The position numbers were made by a program, and so were the translations under genes. From positions 4,386 to 68,385 of the forward strand of contig CALVNF010000002.1 in assembly GCA_944349595.1 (NCBI GenBank): a stretch of DNA of 64,000 nt, written 5' to 3'. The notes beneath the pieces were generated by a model, which searched no databases, was not told the origin of the DNA, and worked only from the letters and a program-made list of their open reading frames with translations. Positions 28,745 through 38,513 of this stretch are shown piece by piece. The stretch is from an uncultured Bacilli bacterium. Its GTDB lineage: Bacteria > Bacillota_I > Bacilli_A > RFN20 > CAG-826. Position 1 is the stretch's first letter, and each line of letters starts with the position of its first letter.

Positions 28745-29548
28745 ATGATTTACATGTTTATTTTTTCATTTATTGGAACAGTTATATTTTCTTTAGGGGG
28801 ATATCTTCTTGCCATATTTGAAAAGAAATTTAATAAAACATTAATATCTATTTTACAAGGCGTTGCTCTTGGATCTGTTATAGCTTTGTTATTTTTAGAT
28901 ATTATAATTGAAGCAGTCGAAGGCTTTTCTAGTATAAATTATGGTTATTTAATATCGTGCGGAATTATTTTGGCAGTATTTTTGTTATTTTATTTAATTC
29001 ATTTTATCAGTGATAAAATACTTGATAAATATGATAAACATAATCATCTAGAAATTGAGCACAGTTGTGAAGAACATGATTTAAATTTGAGTAATTCTAA
29101 TTCTTTAAAAGTGTCAAGTTTAATATTTTTATTTTCTATATTTATACATAATATTCCAGAAGGAATGTCTCTTGGAATTACCTTCTTAAATAATCAATAT
29201 TTTGGAATAATTATGGCTATTTTAATGATTGGAATTCATAATTTTACTGTTGGATTTATGATAAGTGATTCATTTTTAAATTCTGGTACTAAAAAAATTA
29301 ATATACTAATGAGTATACTAATAATAAGCCTAGTATCGTATGGATTTTCTATTTTAGGTTATTTTATCAGTTCGATAAATGAAATATTTGCAGCTGTTAT
29401 GTTTTCATTTTCTGCTGGTGCTTTATTATTTGTATTGTTTAAAGAATTGCTACCTGTTTATTTCAAAAAATATAATTCTAATTTATCAATAATATTTTTA
29501 ATAATTTCATTTATTATAATTTCTTGTTTAATTACTTTTTTACAATAA
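28745..29548 (+). CDS. ZIP-family (ZupT-like) metal cation transporter
   Basis: HNIPEGMSLG and IGIHNFTVG signature motifs, polytopic. Confidence 0.7.
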   Translation: MIYMFIFSFIGTVIFSLGGYLLAIFEKKFNKTLISILQGVALGSVIALLFLDIIIEAVEGFSSINYGYLISCGIILAVFLLFYLIHFISDKILDKYDKHNHLEIEHSCEEHDLNLSNSNSLKVSSLIFLFSIFIHNIPEGMSLGITFLNNQYFGIIMAILMIGIHNFTVGFMISDSFLNSGTKKINILMSILIISLVSYGFSILGYFISSINEIFAAVMFSFSAGALLFVLFKELLPVYFKKYNSNLSIIFLIISFIIISCLITFLQ

Positions 29549-29585
29549 GATTGTTAATAATAAATTTTTATGATATTATGAAAAT

Positions 29586-30215
29586 ATGAAAAGAAATTTT
29601 AAGAAATTAAATTTATTTATATTAATATTTTCTTTATTTTTAACATCTTGCGATAATAATTTTGATACATCTGATATTTTAACTCATTCAACAACAACTA
29701 GTCGATTTGTACCTGGTAAAAATTACTTTGATGAATATTTTGACACTAAAGAAGAATTATTTTCTTTTGCAAAAGAATTAATAAATAGAGGAAAAAATGG
29801 TGATTTTAACATTATTTATTCTGATTTCGAAACTCAAAAGAATTTATTTAACAATATTTATTTTAAATTTTATGGTGAAACTCGTGGAGCTTCATATGCT
29901 GACAAAGCGTTAGACTTAAAATATATCGATTTTAATTTTACACAAACTTATTGGATCGATGAAAAAGATATTGCACTTTATTTTGTAACACCTCCTTTAG
30001 ATAAGTCATTCGTTTTAAATAAAGATAATTTATATTATGAAGAAATAAGAAATGATGATGAAGTACAAGGTGGTTATATCTATAACAATGGTTTTAAAAT
30101 AGCCACAACATATGTTAAATCATACAAGAGAGAAATTAAATTATCAGAAGTTAATGTAAATTTTAATAAAATAGCAGACGAATTTATTGAAAATATGGAG
30201 TTGTATGTATTATGA
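29586..30215 (+). CDS. Hypothetical lipoprotein
   Basis: MKRNFKKLNLFILIFSLFLTSCDN (lipobox LTSC). Overlaps the next gene by 4 nt. Confidence 0.6.
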   Translation: MKRNFKKLNLFILIFSLFLTSCDNNFDTSDILTHSTTTSRFVPGKNYFDEYFDTKEELFSFAKELINRGKNGDFNIIYSDFETQKNLFNNIYFKFYGETRGASYADKALDLKYIDFNFTQTYWIDEKDIALYFVTPPLDKSFVLNKDNLYYEEIRNDDEVQGGYIYNNGFKIATTYVKSYKREIKLSEVNVNFNKIADEFIENMELYVL

Positions 30216-32086
30216 AAATAAAATTCTTTAAAAAAATTTTGTTGAATTTTAATGTCTTAATGTTAATTTTTGGTTTTATTGGTTTTTATAACTTAATTTT
30301 ACCAACGACAAATTTAGGACCTAAAGAAGAAATTATTAAAAATGAAGAAAACCTAAATAAACAAGAAAACACAACTTTAACTTTAAATACTAATAATTTT
30401 GCATCCTATTATTTCTCAAATTTAACGACAAATTTTGGCGATAATATAAAAGGATCGTGCACGCTTGTAGCTGCTGAAATGCTGCTGTCTTTTTATGATA
30501 CTTATTGGGATGACAATATTATAGATGAAAAATATGAACAAAATTCATACTTAGATGAGAACAGTAACATATTTGAATGTAAAGTTTCACCTGGTACAAA
30601 AAATGATTACTTTTATGATACAAATTTTAATAAGAAAAATTTTACAACAAAAGAATATTGGGATTATGTTGTTAGCACTAAAGATAAATTGTTCCATAGT
30701 TATTTAATATATGAAGCTGAAATAAAATATGATTTATATCACGAAAATGAAGATGAACCTATGGGAATTTGGTTGCATGAATTATTAAAATTGCTAAATG
30801 GTTATTTTTTTCCAAATAATATTGGTTTGTTAAAAAAAATTTCTATATATTATTCAGATTTTAGTCCGCTTCTTATGAGAAATTCAATTATTGAGAATGT
30901 TAAAAATGGTGTTCCGGTAATTGTAAATGCTTTTAGTGAGGATGGTGAGGAAGGACACTCATTTATTGCTTATGATTATGATGAAAAGTTAGATGAAATC
31001 ATTTGTCATTCTGGTTGGTTAAATAGGAATGATATAGGCGGTATTTATTCAGATAACCCACAAACGATAACAACAATGGAACAAATGAAGTATACAGATA
31101 TAAGGGAAATTTTATATTTAAAACATAATGGGGAGCACGTTCATTCGAATAATTACATAGGCATTAATGAATATGGTGAAGAAGAAAAATATTGTTCCTG
31201 TATTACTCGTTATCCGATTAATTTAACTGTTGAAGATTTTTATTTGGATGAACTACCAACATTTAGATGGAATTCTTTAATAAATGAAAAATGGTATAGT
31301 GATATTGGCTTAAAATTTCAATTTTCAATTTTAAATGCAAATAGAGTCAAAATAGTTGAAAAAAATAATTTAACTAAAAATTATTACAAATTAAAGACTA
31401 GCGATTTTATTCAAGCAGTAGACTCTTTCAGCGATAATTTTTATATAAAAATAGGTGTCGTTCCAACAAAAGAGGATGTTAATGGATATGATGATATTTT
31501 CCTTTTAAAAGAATTTAAAGAACCGTCAAGATATTTATATAAAACTCAAATTAAACCACACGAATGGGGAATTCATCCTCGATATTATTTCCAAAATGAA
31601 ATAGATTCAAATGAATATTATAAATATACAACAATCGTTAAAGGTGGAATAAGTATCTCAACTCAAAGATTACGATGTGGTTATATTGAAAACAGATTTA
31701 TCAATTTATCTCCAAGAAGAGAAGATGCAGGTTATGCATATTTTCAAATGGAATTTGATGTTCCAATTTACTCGTTTATGTTTGGTGTTTGTTTATGGAG
31801 CAACTATGAATACTTAGATGATGCAACTTTAAGGATAAAAAACTCCAATAATGAATGGGTTGATTTTATAAATATTACCGATGACCTTGAATTAAAAACA
31901 AAAGAAGAAGGTGTTAATAGATATCACTATTTATTTGATGAAGGAATTTATGGACTAAAATTCGAATGTTATGCTGAGGCTGTTGGCGATAGAAATAAAG
32001 GAAGATTATGCATTGATGATATAGTTTTATGTAAAGAAAAAGATCCATTTTATAATCGATATTATGGAACAAATTATGAATCATAA
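30212..32086 (+). CDS. Membrane-anchored protein with a putative papain-fold (C39-like) cysteine peptidase domain
   Basis: N-terminal TM helix. GSCTLVAAEMLLSFYD is a candidate catalytic Cys and EGHSFIAYDYDE a candidate catalytic His. Assignment is tentative. Confidence 0.4.
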   Translation: MKIKFFKKILLNFNVLMLIFGFIGFYNLILPTTNLGPKEEIIKNEENLNKQENTTLTLNTNNFASYYFSNLTTNFGDNIKGSCTLVAAEMLLSFYDTYWDDNIIDEKYEQNSYLDENSNIFECKVSPGTKNDYFYDTNFNKKNFTTKEYWDYVVSTKDKLFHSYLIYEAEIKYDLYHENEDEPMGIWLHELLKLLNGYFFPNNIGLLKKISIYYSDFSPLLMRNSIIENVKNGVPVIVNAFSEDGEEGHSFIAYDYDEKLDEIICHSGWLNRNDIGGIYSDNPQTITTMEQMKYTDIREILYLKHNGEHVHSNNYIGINEYGEEEKYCSCITRYPINLTVEDFYLDELPTFRWNSLINEKWYSDIGLKFQFSILNANRVKIVEKNNLTKNYYKLKTSDFIQAVDSFSDNFYIKIGVVPTKEDVNGYDDIFLLKEFKEPSRYLYKTQIKPHEWGIHPRYYFQNEIDSNEYYKYTTIVKGGISISTQRLRCGYIENRFINLSPRREDAGYAYFQMEFDVPIYSFMFGVCLWSNYEYLDDATLRIKNSNNEWVDFINITDDLELKTKEEGVNRYHYLFDEGIYGLKFECYAEAVGDRNKGRLCIDDIVLCKEKDPFYNRYYGTNYES

Positions 32087-32169
32087 TTTTGTTATTTAAT
32101 TATAAATTTAATCTTTAATTATTATTATTTTTTATAAGTGGTTTATAATATTAAGCGGGGCTTAATATT

Positions 32170-33039
32170 ATGGAAAAATTAAAAAGAATATTAGCAATTC
32201 ATGATGTATCTTGTGTTGGCAAATGTTCAATTACTGAAGCATTACCTGTTATTTCAGCATGTGGGATTGAGTGTAGTATTTTACCAACTTCATTATTGTC
32301 AACTCATACAGGTGGTTTTACAAATTATACATTTTTAGATTTAAGTGATGAAATGAATAAAATAGTAAATCATTTTAAATCATTAAATTTAGATATTGAT
32401 GGCTTTTATACGGGATATTTAGGAAATATTAAACAAATTGAAGATGTAATAAATTATATAGACTTATTAAAAAATAAAAATTCAATTATTTTTGTAGATC
32501 CAGTTATGGCAGATGATGGGAAATTATATAAAGCCTTTGATTTAAATTATGCTCATAAAATGGTTGATTTAGTTAAAAAAGCTAATGTAATTATTCCAAA
32601 CTTAACAGAAGCTTGCTTATTACTTGATATTCCATATTTAGATAAAAAAGATTGGAATTTAGATAACTTTAAAAATATTGTTTTTAAGTTATCTAATTTA
32701 TCAAATAATATAAATAATGTTATTTTAAGCGGTGTTGAAATAAAAAAAGGAAAAATTGGTGTATTAGGATATAACAAATTAAATAATGAATTTTCTTATG
32801 TAGAAACAGACAAAATTGATGGCTATTTTCATGGAACTGGGGACTTATTATCTTCTAGTATAATATCTTGTTTAATGAACGGTTTATCTTTAGATAAATC
32901 TTGTCAATATTCAATTGATTTTGTTTTTAATTCTATATTAAAAACTGTTGAAGAAAATAGAGATTATAAATATGGTGTTAGTTTTGAAAAAGAAATATTT
33001 AATTTTTTAAAAAATATTAGAGGTGTTATAAATGAATAA
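32170..33039 (+). CDS. pdxK: Pyridoxal/pyridoxine/pyridoxamine kinase (ribokinase superfamily)
   Basis: ILAIHDVSCVGKCSITEALPVISACGIE N-terminus typical of the Firmicutes PdxK group, and a GTGDLLSS anion-hole motif. Confidence 0.6.
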   Translation: MEKLKRILAIHDVSCVGKCSITEALPVISACGIECSILPTSLLSTHTGGFTNYTFLDLSDEMNKIVNHFKSLNLDIDGFYTGYLGNIKQIEDVINYIDLLKNKNSIIFVDPVMADDGKLYKAFDLNYAHKMVDLVKKANVIIPNLTEACLLLDIPYLDKKDWNLDNFKNIVFKLSNLSNNINNVILSGVEIKKGKIGVLGYNKLNNEFSYVETDKIDGYFHGTGDLLSSSIISCLMNGLSLDKSCQYSIDFVFNSILKTVEENRDYKYGVSFEKEIFNFLKNIRGVINE

Positions 33040-34036
33040 AGAATATTTATTAAATTATTTAATGAATTATTATAAATTTAGCGATAATTTAATTTTACTA
33101 GATGGACCTTGGGGTAGTGGAAAAACTTATTTATTAAACGAATTTATGAAATCATTTAATAAATGTAAAGTTATTTATTTATCTTTACTTGGAAAAAGAA
33201 GTGTAGATGAAATAAATACATCTTTATTTATGGAAATTAATCATAAACATATCGTTGATTCATTAGTTCCAAGCGCAATTAATCCTTTATTATATTTAGA
33301 AAATAATAAAAATAACTTAGATTTTTCATTAAAAATTAATAATAACAATCCATCTGCAATTGTTATTTTAGATGATTTAGAAAGATATGCTTCTAGTGAT
33401 TTTGATACTTTAATTTCATATTGTCAAAATTTAATTAGAAGCAATGCCAAAGTAATAATTGTTTCAAATATTTCTGAATTAGGTGGGGGTACAAGACATA
33501 ATTTTGAATTAAGTCTTGAAAAAGCTTTTGATAGAATTTTATATGCAGAATTATTTACAGATAATTTAATTAAAAGTAAATATCCAAATTTATTTAAATA
33601 TTTAGATGAATATTTAATTAGTTTAATTAATAATAATTATCGTGTTTTTGAAAAATGTAACTATTTATTTACATATTTAATTAATAAATATAATAATGAA
33701 TTTTTAAAAATATCCAAGAATTGCAAAGATTTTTATAAAATATTGTTATTTTATGTAATCAATATTATTAAATATGGTTATCGTGATCCATTTATTAGAT
33801 ATGAATTAATTAGAGATCATATTGACTATAGAATTGAAGGAGAAGTTAACAATATTATTAATAATCCAAAAGCTGCAAATGAAATTAAAGTTATACTAGA
33901 TTATTGCTTAAACTATAACAAAAATGATAATATGATTTACCAATTGAAAGATGAATATCAATTGATAACTGCAATTTATATGGAATATTTCTATTTAAAT
34001 GATACATTTATGAAAGATTTATTAAAAAAATATTAA
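33032..34036 (+). CDS. KAP-family P-loop NTPase, unusually short
   Basis: LLDGPWGSGKTYLL (the GxWGxGKT KAP Walker A) and AIVILDDLERY Walker B. Overlaps the pdxK 3' end by 8 nt. Confidence 0.55.
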   Translation: MNKEYLLNYLMNYYKFSDNLILLDGPWGSGKTYLLNEFMKSFNKCKVIYLSLLGKRSVDEINTSLFMEINHKHIVDSLVPSAINPLLYLENNKNNLDFSLKINNNNPSAIVILDDLERYASSDFDTLISYCQNLIRSNAKVIIVSNISELGGGTRHNFELSLEKAFDRILYAELFTDNLIKSKYPNLFKYLDEYLISLINNNYRVFEKCNYLFTYLINKYNNEFLKISKNCKDFYKILLFYVINIIKYGYRDPFIRYELIRDHIDYRIEGEVNNIINNPKAANEIKVILDYCLNYNKNDNMIYQLKDEYQLITAIYMEYFYLNDTFMKDLLKKY

Positions 34037-34059
34037 AAAAATAAATTAGGAGGGCGTTT

Positions 34060-36288
34060 ATGAAAAAGAAAAAGATTCTTACTTGTTTATTTCTTATTAG
34101 CTTATTTTCACTTGTTTCTTGTAATAATGACTCAACAAGTCAAACAACAACTACAACTCAAACTACTACAACTACAACAAGTGAAGATAATTTACCAAAC
34201 CAATTTATTATTAGTGTAAATGGTGAAAATGAAAACGGAATTAATGATAATAATTTATCTACTAGCGATGGATTAGAAGTAAAGATATTAAATTCTAATA
34301 AATTAAATGTTTCAAATAATGAAATCTCATTAAATAAAAATGGTGAATTAGTTTTTTCTTTAACTAAGCAATACAAAATTAGTAGTGTAATTTTAAGTGG
34401 ATATACACAAGAAATTGGTAAAACTTCAAATATTGAAGTAAGCTATGATGGAATTTCATATGAAAAACAAATTGATTCAAATGGTGGTTCAACTACTTTT
34501 GATTTTGATTTTTTAGCCTACACTGATAATTTATCAATTAAAAATTTATCTAATAATGATTTTAAATTAGACACAATATTCTTAAATTTATCAAAAGATA
34601 ATTTAGTTAACGCTACAAGTTTTACTAAAACAATTAATGATGATGTTATTGAATTTTCGAATGCTAAACCTTTTGATTTAACTAGTTTATATGAAATTTC
34701 TCCATTAAATACATCATCAAGAAAAATTAGCGTTAGTGTAGATAAAGATAGCTATGAAATTGTCAATAATAAGATTATTTTTGATGAAGTCGGAACTTAT
34801 GAAATTACAATAAATTTAGTTAATACCAACTTTAGTCTAACTTACAAATTTGATTGTAGTTGTTTGTATAAATTAAGCGAAGATGATATTAAATTTTCTT
34901 CATATGATGTAAATAAATATTCTCATACTAATTCTTTAAAATCAGTTGGCAATCAAAAAGTTTTAGTTGTACCGGTTCAATTTGATGCTCAATATTATTA
35001 TGGTTTTGAAACAAGTCCGTATTCTGATTATTATTTGGATTTAATGCAACAAGCTTTTACAGGCGATGCTGATACAGGCGATTTAAATTGGGAATCTTTA
35101 AGAAGTTATTATGAAAAATCATCTTTTGGAAAATTAAATTTAGATTTTGTTTTCTCAGATATTTATGAACCAGAAATGAGTTTTTCTGAATTTATGAGTT
35201 ATGAAATGGGTGTTGGTTCTAGTTTACTTTTAAGTGAAATTCATGAAAATTTAACAATTAATAATACATCAGTTGATTTTAAAGATTTTGATTTAGATGA
35301 AGATGGTTATGTTGATGCAGTTTGGCTAATTTATAATGTCTTTGATCAAATTTATACAAATGAAGTACCTCTTTGGGCTTTTAAGAGTGTTAATTTTGTT
35401 GAAGCAAATAAAGATGATCCAGTCTTTAATGATTATGCAAATTGTGCATTTTCGTTCATGACTGAAAATGGATATTTAGATGCTCATACTTTAATTCATG
35501 AAACTGGCCATATTTTAGGATTAAATGATTATTATAATAATGATTATGTAAGTCCACTTGGAGCTTGTGATATGATGAGTTATACATTGGGTGACCATAA
35601 TGTTTATTCAAAATATTTACTAAATTGGATCGAACCTTATGTATTTACAGGTGAAGGAAGTGTTACTTTAAAACCATCTAATGAAACTGGCGATGCTTTA
35701 ATTATTCCAGCTAGTGATGAATTTTCAAATTCACCATATGATGAATATTTAATGATTGAATTTTATACTCCAGAAAATCTTGAATATAATGATGCTATTC
35801 AAGGAGTCCCAGGTTATGGTAGAAAATTTAATAACTATGGTCTAAGAGTTTATCATATTGATGCAAGATTATTTATTGTAAATATTGATATTACCAATGG
35901 ATCTTTTGGTTTTGATTACAATAATCCACAATATTTTGATATAAATAATAGTGATGAATTACTTTATAACAAAGTTGAAAATGAAGAAAATGTTTACGAA
36001 GTTGCATTTCATTTGAACTCAAATTCAAATATTTATAATGAATATTTTGGAAGAAAAGTAACAAATTATGAAATCGAAACAATTACTAGAAATAATAAAT
36101 CTTTATTATCTGGTTATGTTGAAGGAAATGAAATTCTTTGGAAAGAAGGCGATAATATTAATAAAAATACCGCTAGTAATTTCTTTAAAAACGGTTTATT
36201 CCATAATGGTTATGAATTTAATTATAATATTGAAATAAGTTCAATGAGCGAAGATGAAGTTGAATTAAATATTTCTTTACTAGATTAA
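34060..36288 (+). CDS. Lipoprotein zinc metallopeptidase (HExxH; M6/InhA-like)
   Basis: Lipobox LVSC. A Thr-rich linker (TTTTTQTTTTTT). HETGHILGLNDYY zinc-binding motif. Confidence 0.5.
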   Translation: MKKKKILTCLFLISLFSLVSCNNDSTSQTTTTTQTTTTTTSEDNLPNQFIISVNGENENGINDNNLSTSDGLEVKILNSNKLNVSNNEISLNKNGELVFSLTKQYKISSVILSGYTQEIGKTSNIEVSYDGISYEKQIDSNGGSTTFDFDFLAYTDNLSIKNLSNNDFKLDTIFLNLSKDNLVNATSFTKTINDDVIEFSNAKPFDLTSLYEISPLNTSSRKISVSVDKDSYEIVNNKIIFDEVGTYEITINLVNTNFSLTYKFDCSCLYKLSEDDIKFSSYDVNKYSHTNSLKSVGNQKVLVVPVQFDAQYYYGFETSPYSDYYLDLMQQAFTGDADTGDLNWESLRSYYEKSSFGKLNLDFVFSDIYEPEMSFSEFMSYEMGVGSSLLLSEIHENLTINNTSVDFKDFDLDEDGYVDAVWLIYNVFDQIYTNEVPLWAFKSVNFVEANKDDPVFNDYANCAFSFMTENGYLDAHTLIHETGHILGLNDYYNNDYVSPLGACDMMSYTLGDHNVYSKYLLNWIEPYVFTGEGSVTLKPSNETGDALIIPASDEFSNSPYDEYLMIEFYTPENLEYNDAIQGVPGYGRKFNNYGLRVYHIDARLFIVNIDITNGSFGFDYNNPQYFDINNSDELLYNKVENEENVYEVAFHLNSNSNIYNEYFGRKVTNYEIETITRNNKSLLSGYVEGNEILWKEGDNINKNTASNFFKNGLFHNGYEFNYNIEISSMSEDEVELNISLLD

Positions 36289-36312
36289 AATAAAATTAAT
36301 TTAAACAAAAAT

Positions 36313-36350
36313 AAAAAAAAGTTAATTCAAATCGAGAATTAACTTTTTTT
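36313..36350. terminator. Bidirectional rho-independent terminator
   Basis: aaaaaaagttaattc-aaatcga-gaattaacttttttt lies between the convergent metallopeptidase and rubredoxin genes. Confidence 0.7.
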
Positions 36351-36371
36351 ATTTATTGCTATTTTGTTATT

Positions 36372-36533
36372 TTATTCTTGCTTTTCAAAATTTTCTTTGC
36401 CAGCTCCACAAATTGGGCAAACAAATGTATCTGGTAAATCTTCAAATTTTGTTCCAGGAGCAATTCCGTTTTCTGGATCTCCTAATTCTTCATCATAAAC
36501 ATAACCGCATAATAAGCAAACATATTTCATCAT
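36372..36533 (-). CDS. Rubredoxin
   Basis: Minus-strand 53-aa [56 protein letters not shown] with both CxxCG and CPxCG knuckles, and a perfect GGAGG RBS. The listed plus ORF 36356..36553 is its antisense artefact. Confidence 0.85.
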   Translation of the reverse strand: MMKYVCLLCGYVYDEELGDPENGIAPGTKFEDLPDTFVCPICGAGKENFEKQE

Positions 36534-36661
36534 TTAATTTCCTCCATACATAAATATTATCTAACATTTTAATCGTTATTTAAACAAAAATACATTAAAT
36601 TAATCATATTACTTTATTTTTTTTATGTTTTTATTAAAATATACTCTTGGAGGTTTATTTT

Positions 36662-38008
36662 ATGAGTGAATTTAAAATGGAAAATGAATATTTAAGTTTA
36701 AAAAACTTAAATAATATAAAAGAAAAATATAATTTAGATGAAAAAAATGTAATTATTCGTCATGCATTAAATAAAACAGCATTAAGTAATATTATTTATG
36801 TTCAAGAATCAGAAAAAGATATTGATAACAAATTTTCAATTGATTTAAAAACAATGAAAGTTTGTAATCAAAAAGAATCTGGAAGATGTTGGATTTTTGC
36901 TGGTTTAAATATTTTAAGAGAAATAATTGCTAAAGAATTAAATGTTGAATTCTTTGAATTGTCTCAAAACTATGTTGCTTTTTTTGATAAATTAGAAAAA
37001 ATCAATTATACTTTATCTGTTATCATGGAATTAGCAGACAAACCACACGATGATCGTGTTTTAATGCATATTTTAAAAAGTGGCATCGGTGATGGTGGTC
37101 AATGGGATATGTTTGCAAATCTTGTTAAAAAATATGGTATTGTTCCAAAATCAGCTATGGTTGAAACTTTTCAATCAAGTTCAACAAGAGAAAGTGATAT
37201 GCTAATTAATACAACTATTCGTCAATTTGCTGCAAAAGTTTCAAAATTATATGAAGAAAACAAACTAGATGAAATTAAAAAAGAAAAAGAAAGAATTTTA
37301 CAATTATCTTATAATTTATTATCAAATTGTTTTGGTGTACCACCAGAAAAATTTGATTTAGAATACGTTGATAAAGATGACAATTATCACCTTGAAAGAA
37401 ATTTAACACCTATTGAATTCTTTAGTAAATTTATTGGAAGTAAAATTGATGAATATCAATCTGTTACAAATGCTCCAACAAAAGATAAAATGTTTAACAA
37501 AACATTTACGGTTAAATATTTAGGTAATGTCATTGAAGGTAAAAAAGTAATTCACTTAAATCTTGAAATGAAACGATTAAAAGAGTTAATTATTTCTCAA
37601 TTAAAAAATGGAGAACCAGTTTGGTTTGGAAGTGATGTTGCATTTTATAGAGATAGACAAAGAGGTATTTGGGATGATAATGCTTTTGATTATCTTTCAA
37701 CATTTAATTTAGATCTAAAAACAAATAAATCCGATATGCTTGATTATTTTATTTCAGCAATGGGACATGCTATGGTGATAACTGGTGTTAATTTAGTTGA
37801 TGGAAAACCAACAAAATGGAAAATTGAAAACTCATGGGGCGCTGATAATGGCTTTGATGGCTATTATATTATGTCTGATAGTTTCTTTGATTCATTTGTT
37901 TATCAAGCAGTTATTCTTAAAAAATATTTAAATGAAAAAGAACTTGAAGTATTAAAAGAAAAACCAATTGAACTTGATCCATGGGATCCAATGGGAACTT
38001 TAGCTTAA
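36662..38008 (+). CDS. pepC: Aminopeptidase C (bleomycin hydrolase, peptidase C1B)
   Basis: GGAGG RBS then ATG at 36662. Active-site QKESGRCWIFAGLN and C-terminal ...GTLA. Confidence 0.85.
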   Translation: MSEFKMENEYLSLKNLNNIKEKYNLDEKNVIIRHALNKTALSNIIYVQESEKDIDNKFSIDLKTMKVCNQKESGRCWIFAGLNILREIIAKELNVEFFELSQNYVAFFDKLEKINYTLSVIMELADKPHDDRVLMHILKSGIGDGGQWDMFANLVKKYGIVPKSAMVETFQSSSTRESDMLINTTIRQFAAKVSKLYEENKLDEIKKEKERILQLSYNLLSNCFGVPPEKFDLEYVDKDDNYHLERNLTPIEFFSKFIGSKIDEYQSVTNAPTKDKMFNKTFTVKYLGNVIEGKKVIHLNLEMKRLKELIISQLKNGEPVWFGSDVAFYRDRQRGIWDDNAFDYLSTFNLDLKTNKSDMLDYFISAMGHAMVITGVNLVDGKPTKWKIENSWGADNGFDGYYIMSDSFFDSFVYQAVILKKYLNEKELEVLKEKPIELDPWDPMGTLA

Positions 38009-38018
38009 TTATTTTTTA

Positions 38019-38498
38019 TTAAGAATTTAAATTAATATATTGCAAAATGCTATTAGCACCTAAATAAACACTGCTAATAGCATTTTTATTTAATATATAT
38101 AAAGTTGGATAACCATAATAAGTAAAATCATTTAAGTTATTAACTCCAACAGTTACTTTATTATAGTTTTCTTTACTTGGATTTTGATCTTGATAAACTT
38201 CAAAGTAATAACTCATTTGATTTAAGTTTGCAATTGTCGCTTCAAGAAAATAAATATTTTCAAGTGAAGTAGAAGAATTTTTAATGTTATTTGCAAAATT
38301 TAAAATATTATCCCTAATTTTTTCACATTCATTACAAGTTTCATTATAAAAATAAACACCATAATTTTCTTCACTTTGGGTGAAGAATTCTACTGGTGTT
38401 ATTTTATTAAAATCTTCGTAATTTAAATTAAGTTCTGTATTATTACAACTTGTTAATATAAATAATGTTAGTAAAAAATATAATTTATTTAACTTCAT
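38019..38498 (-). CDS. Lipoprotein with a thioredoxin-like CxxC motif
   Basis: Lipobox LTSC. CNEC in YFYNETCNECEKI. Confidence 0.4.
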   Translation of the reverse strand: MKLNKLYFLLTLFILTSCNNTELNLNYEDFNKITPVEFFTQSEENYGVYFYNETCNECEKIRDNILNFANNIKNSSTSLENIYFLEATIANLNQMSYYFEVYQDQNPSKENYNKVTVGVNNLNDFTYYGYPTLYILNKNAISSVYLGANSILQYINLNS

Positions 38499-38513
38499 TA
38501 AAATATTTTAAGT

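Noticed and set aside
36356-36553. Listed plus-strand 65-aa ORF
   Set aside because: Exactly antisense to a canonical rubredoxin gene with a perfect RBS. No RBS of its own and low-complexity composition.
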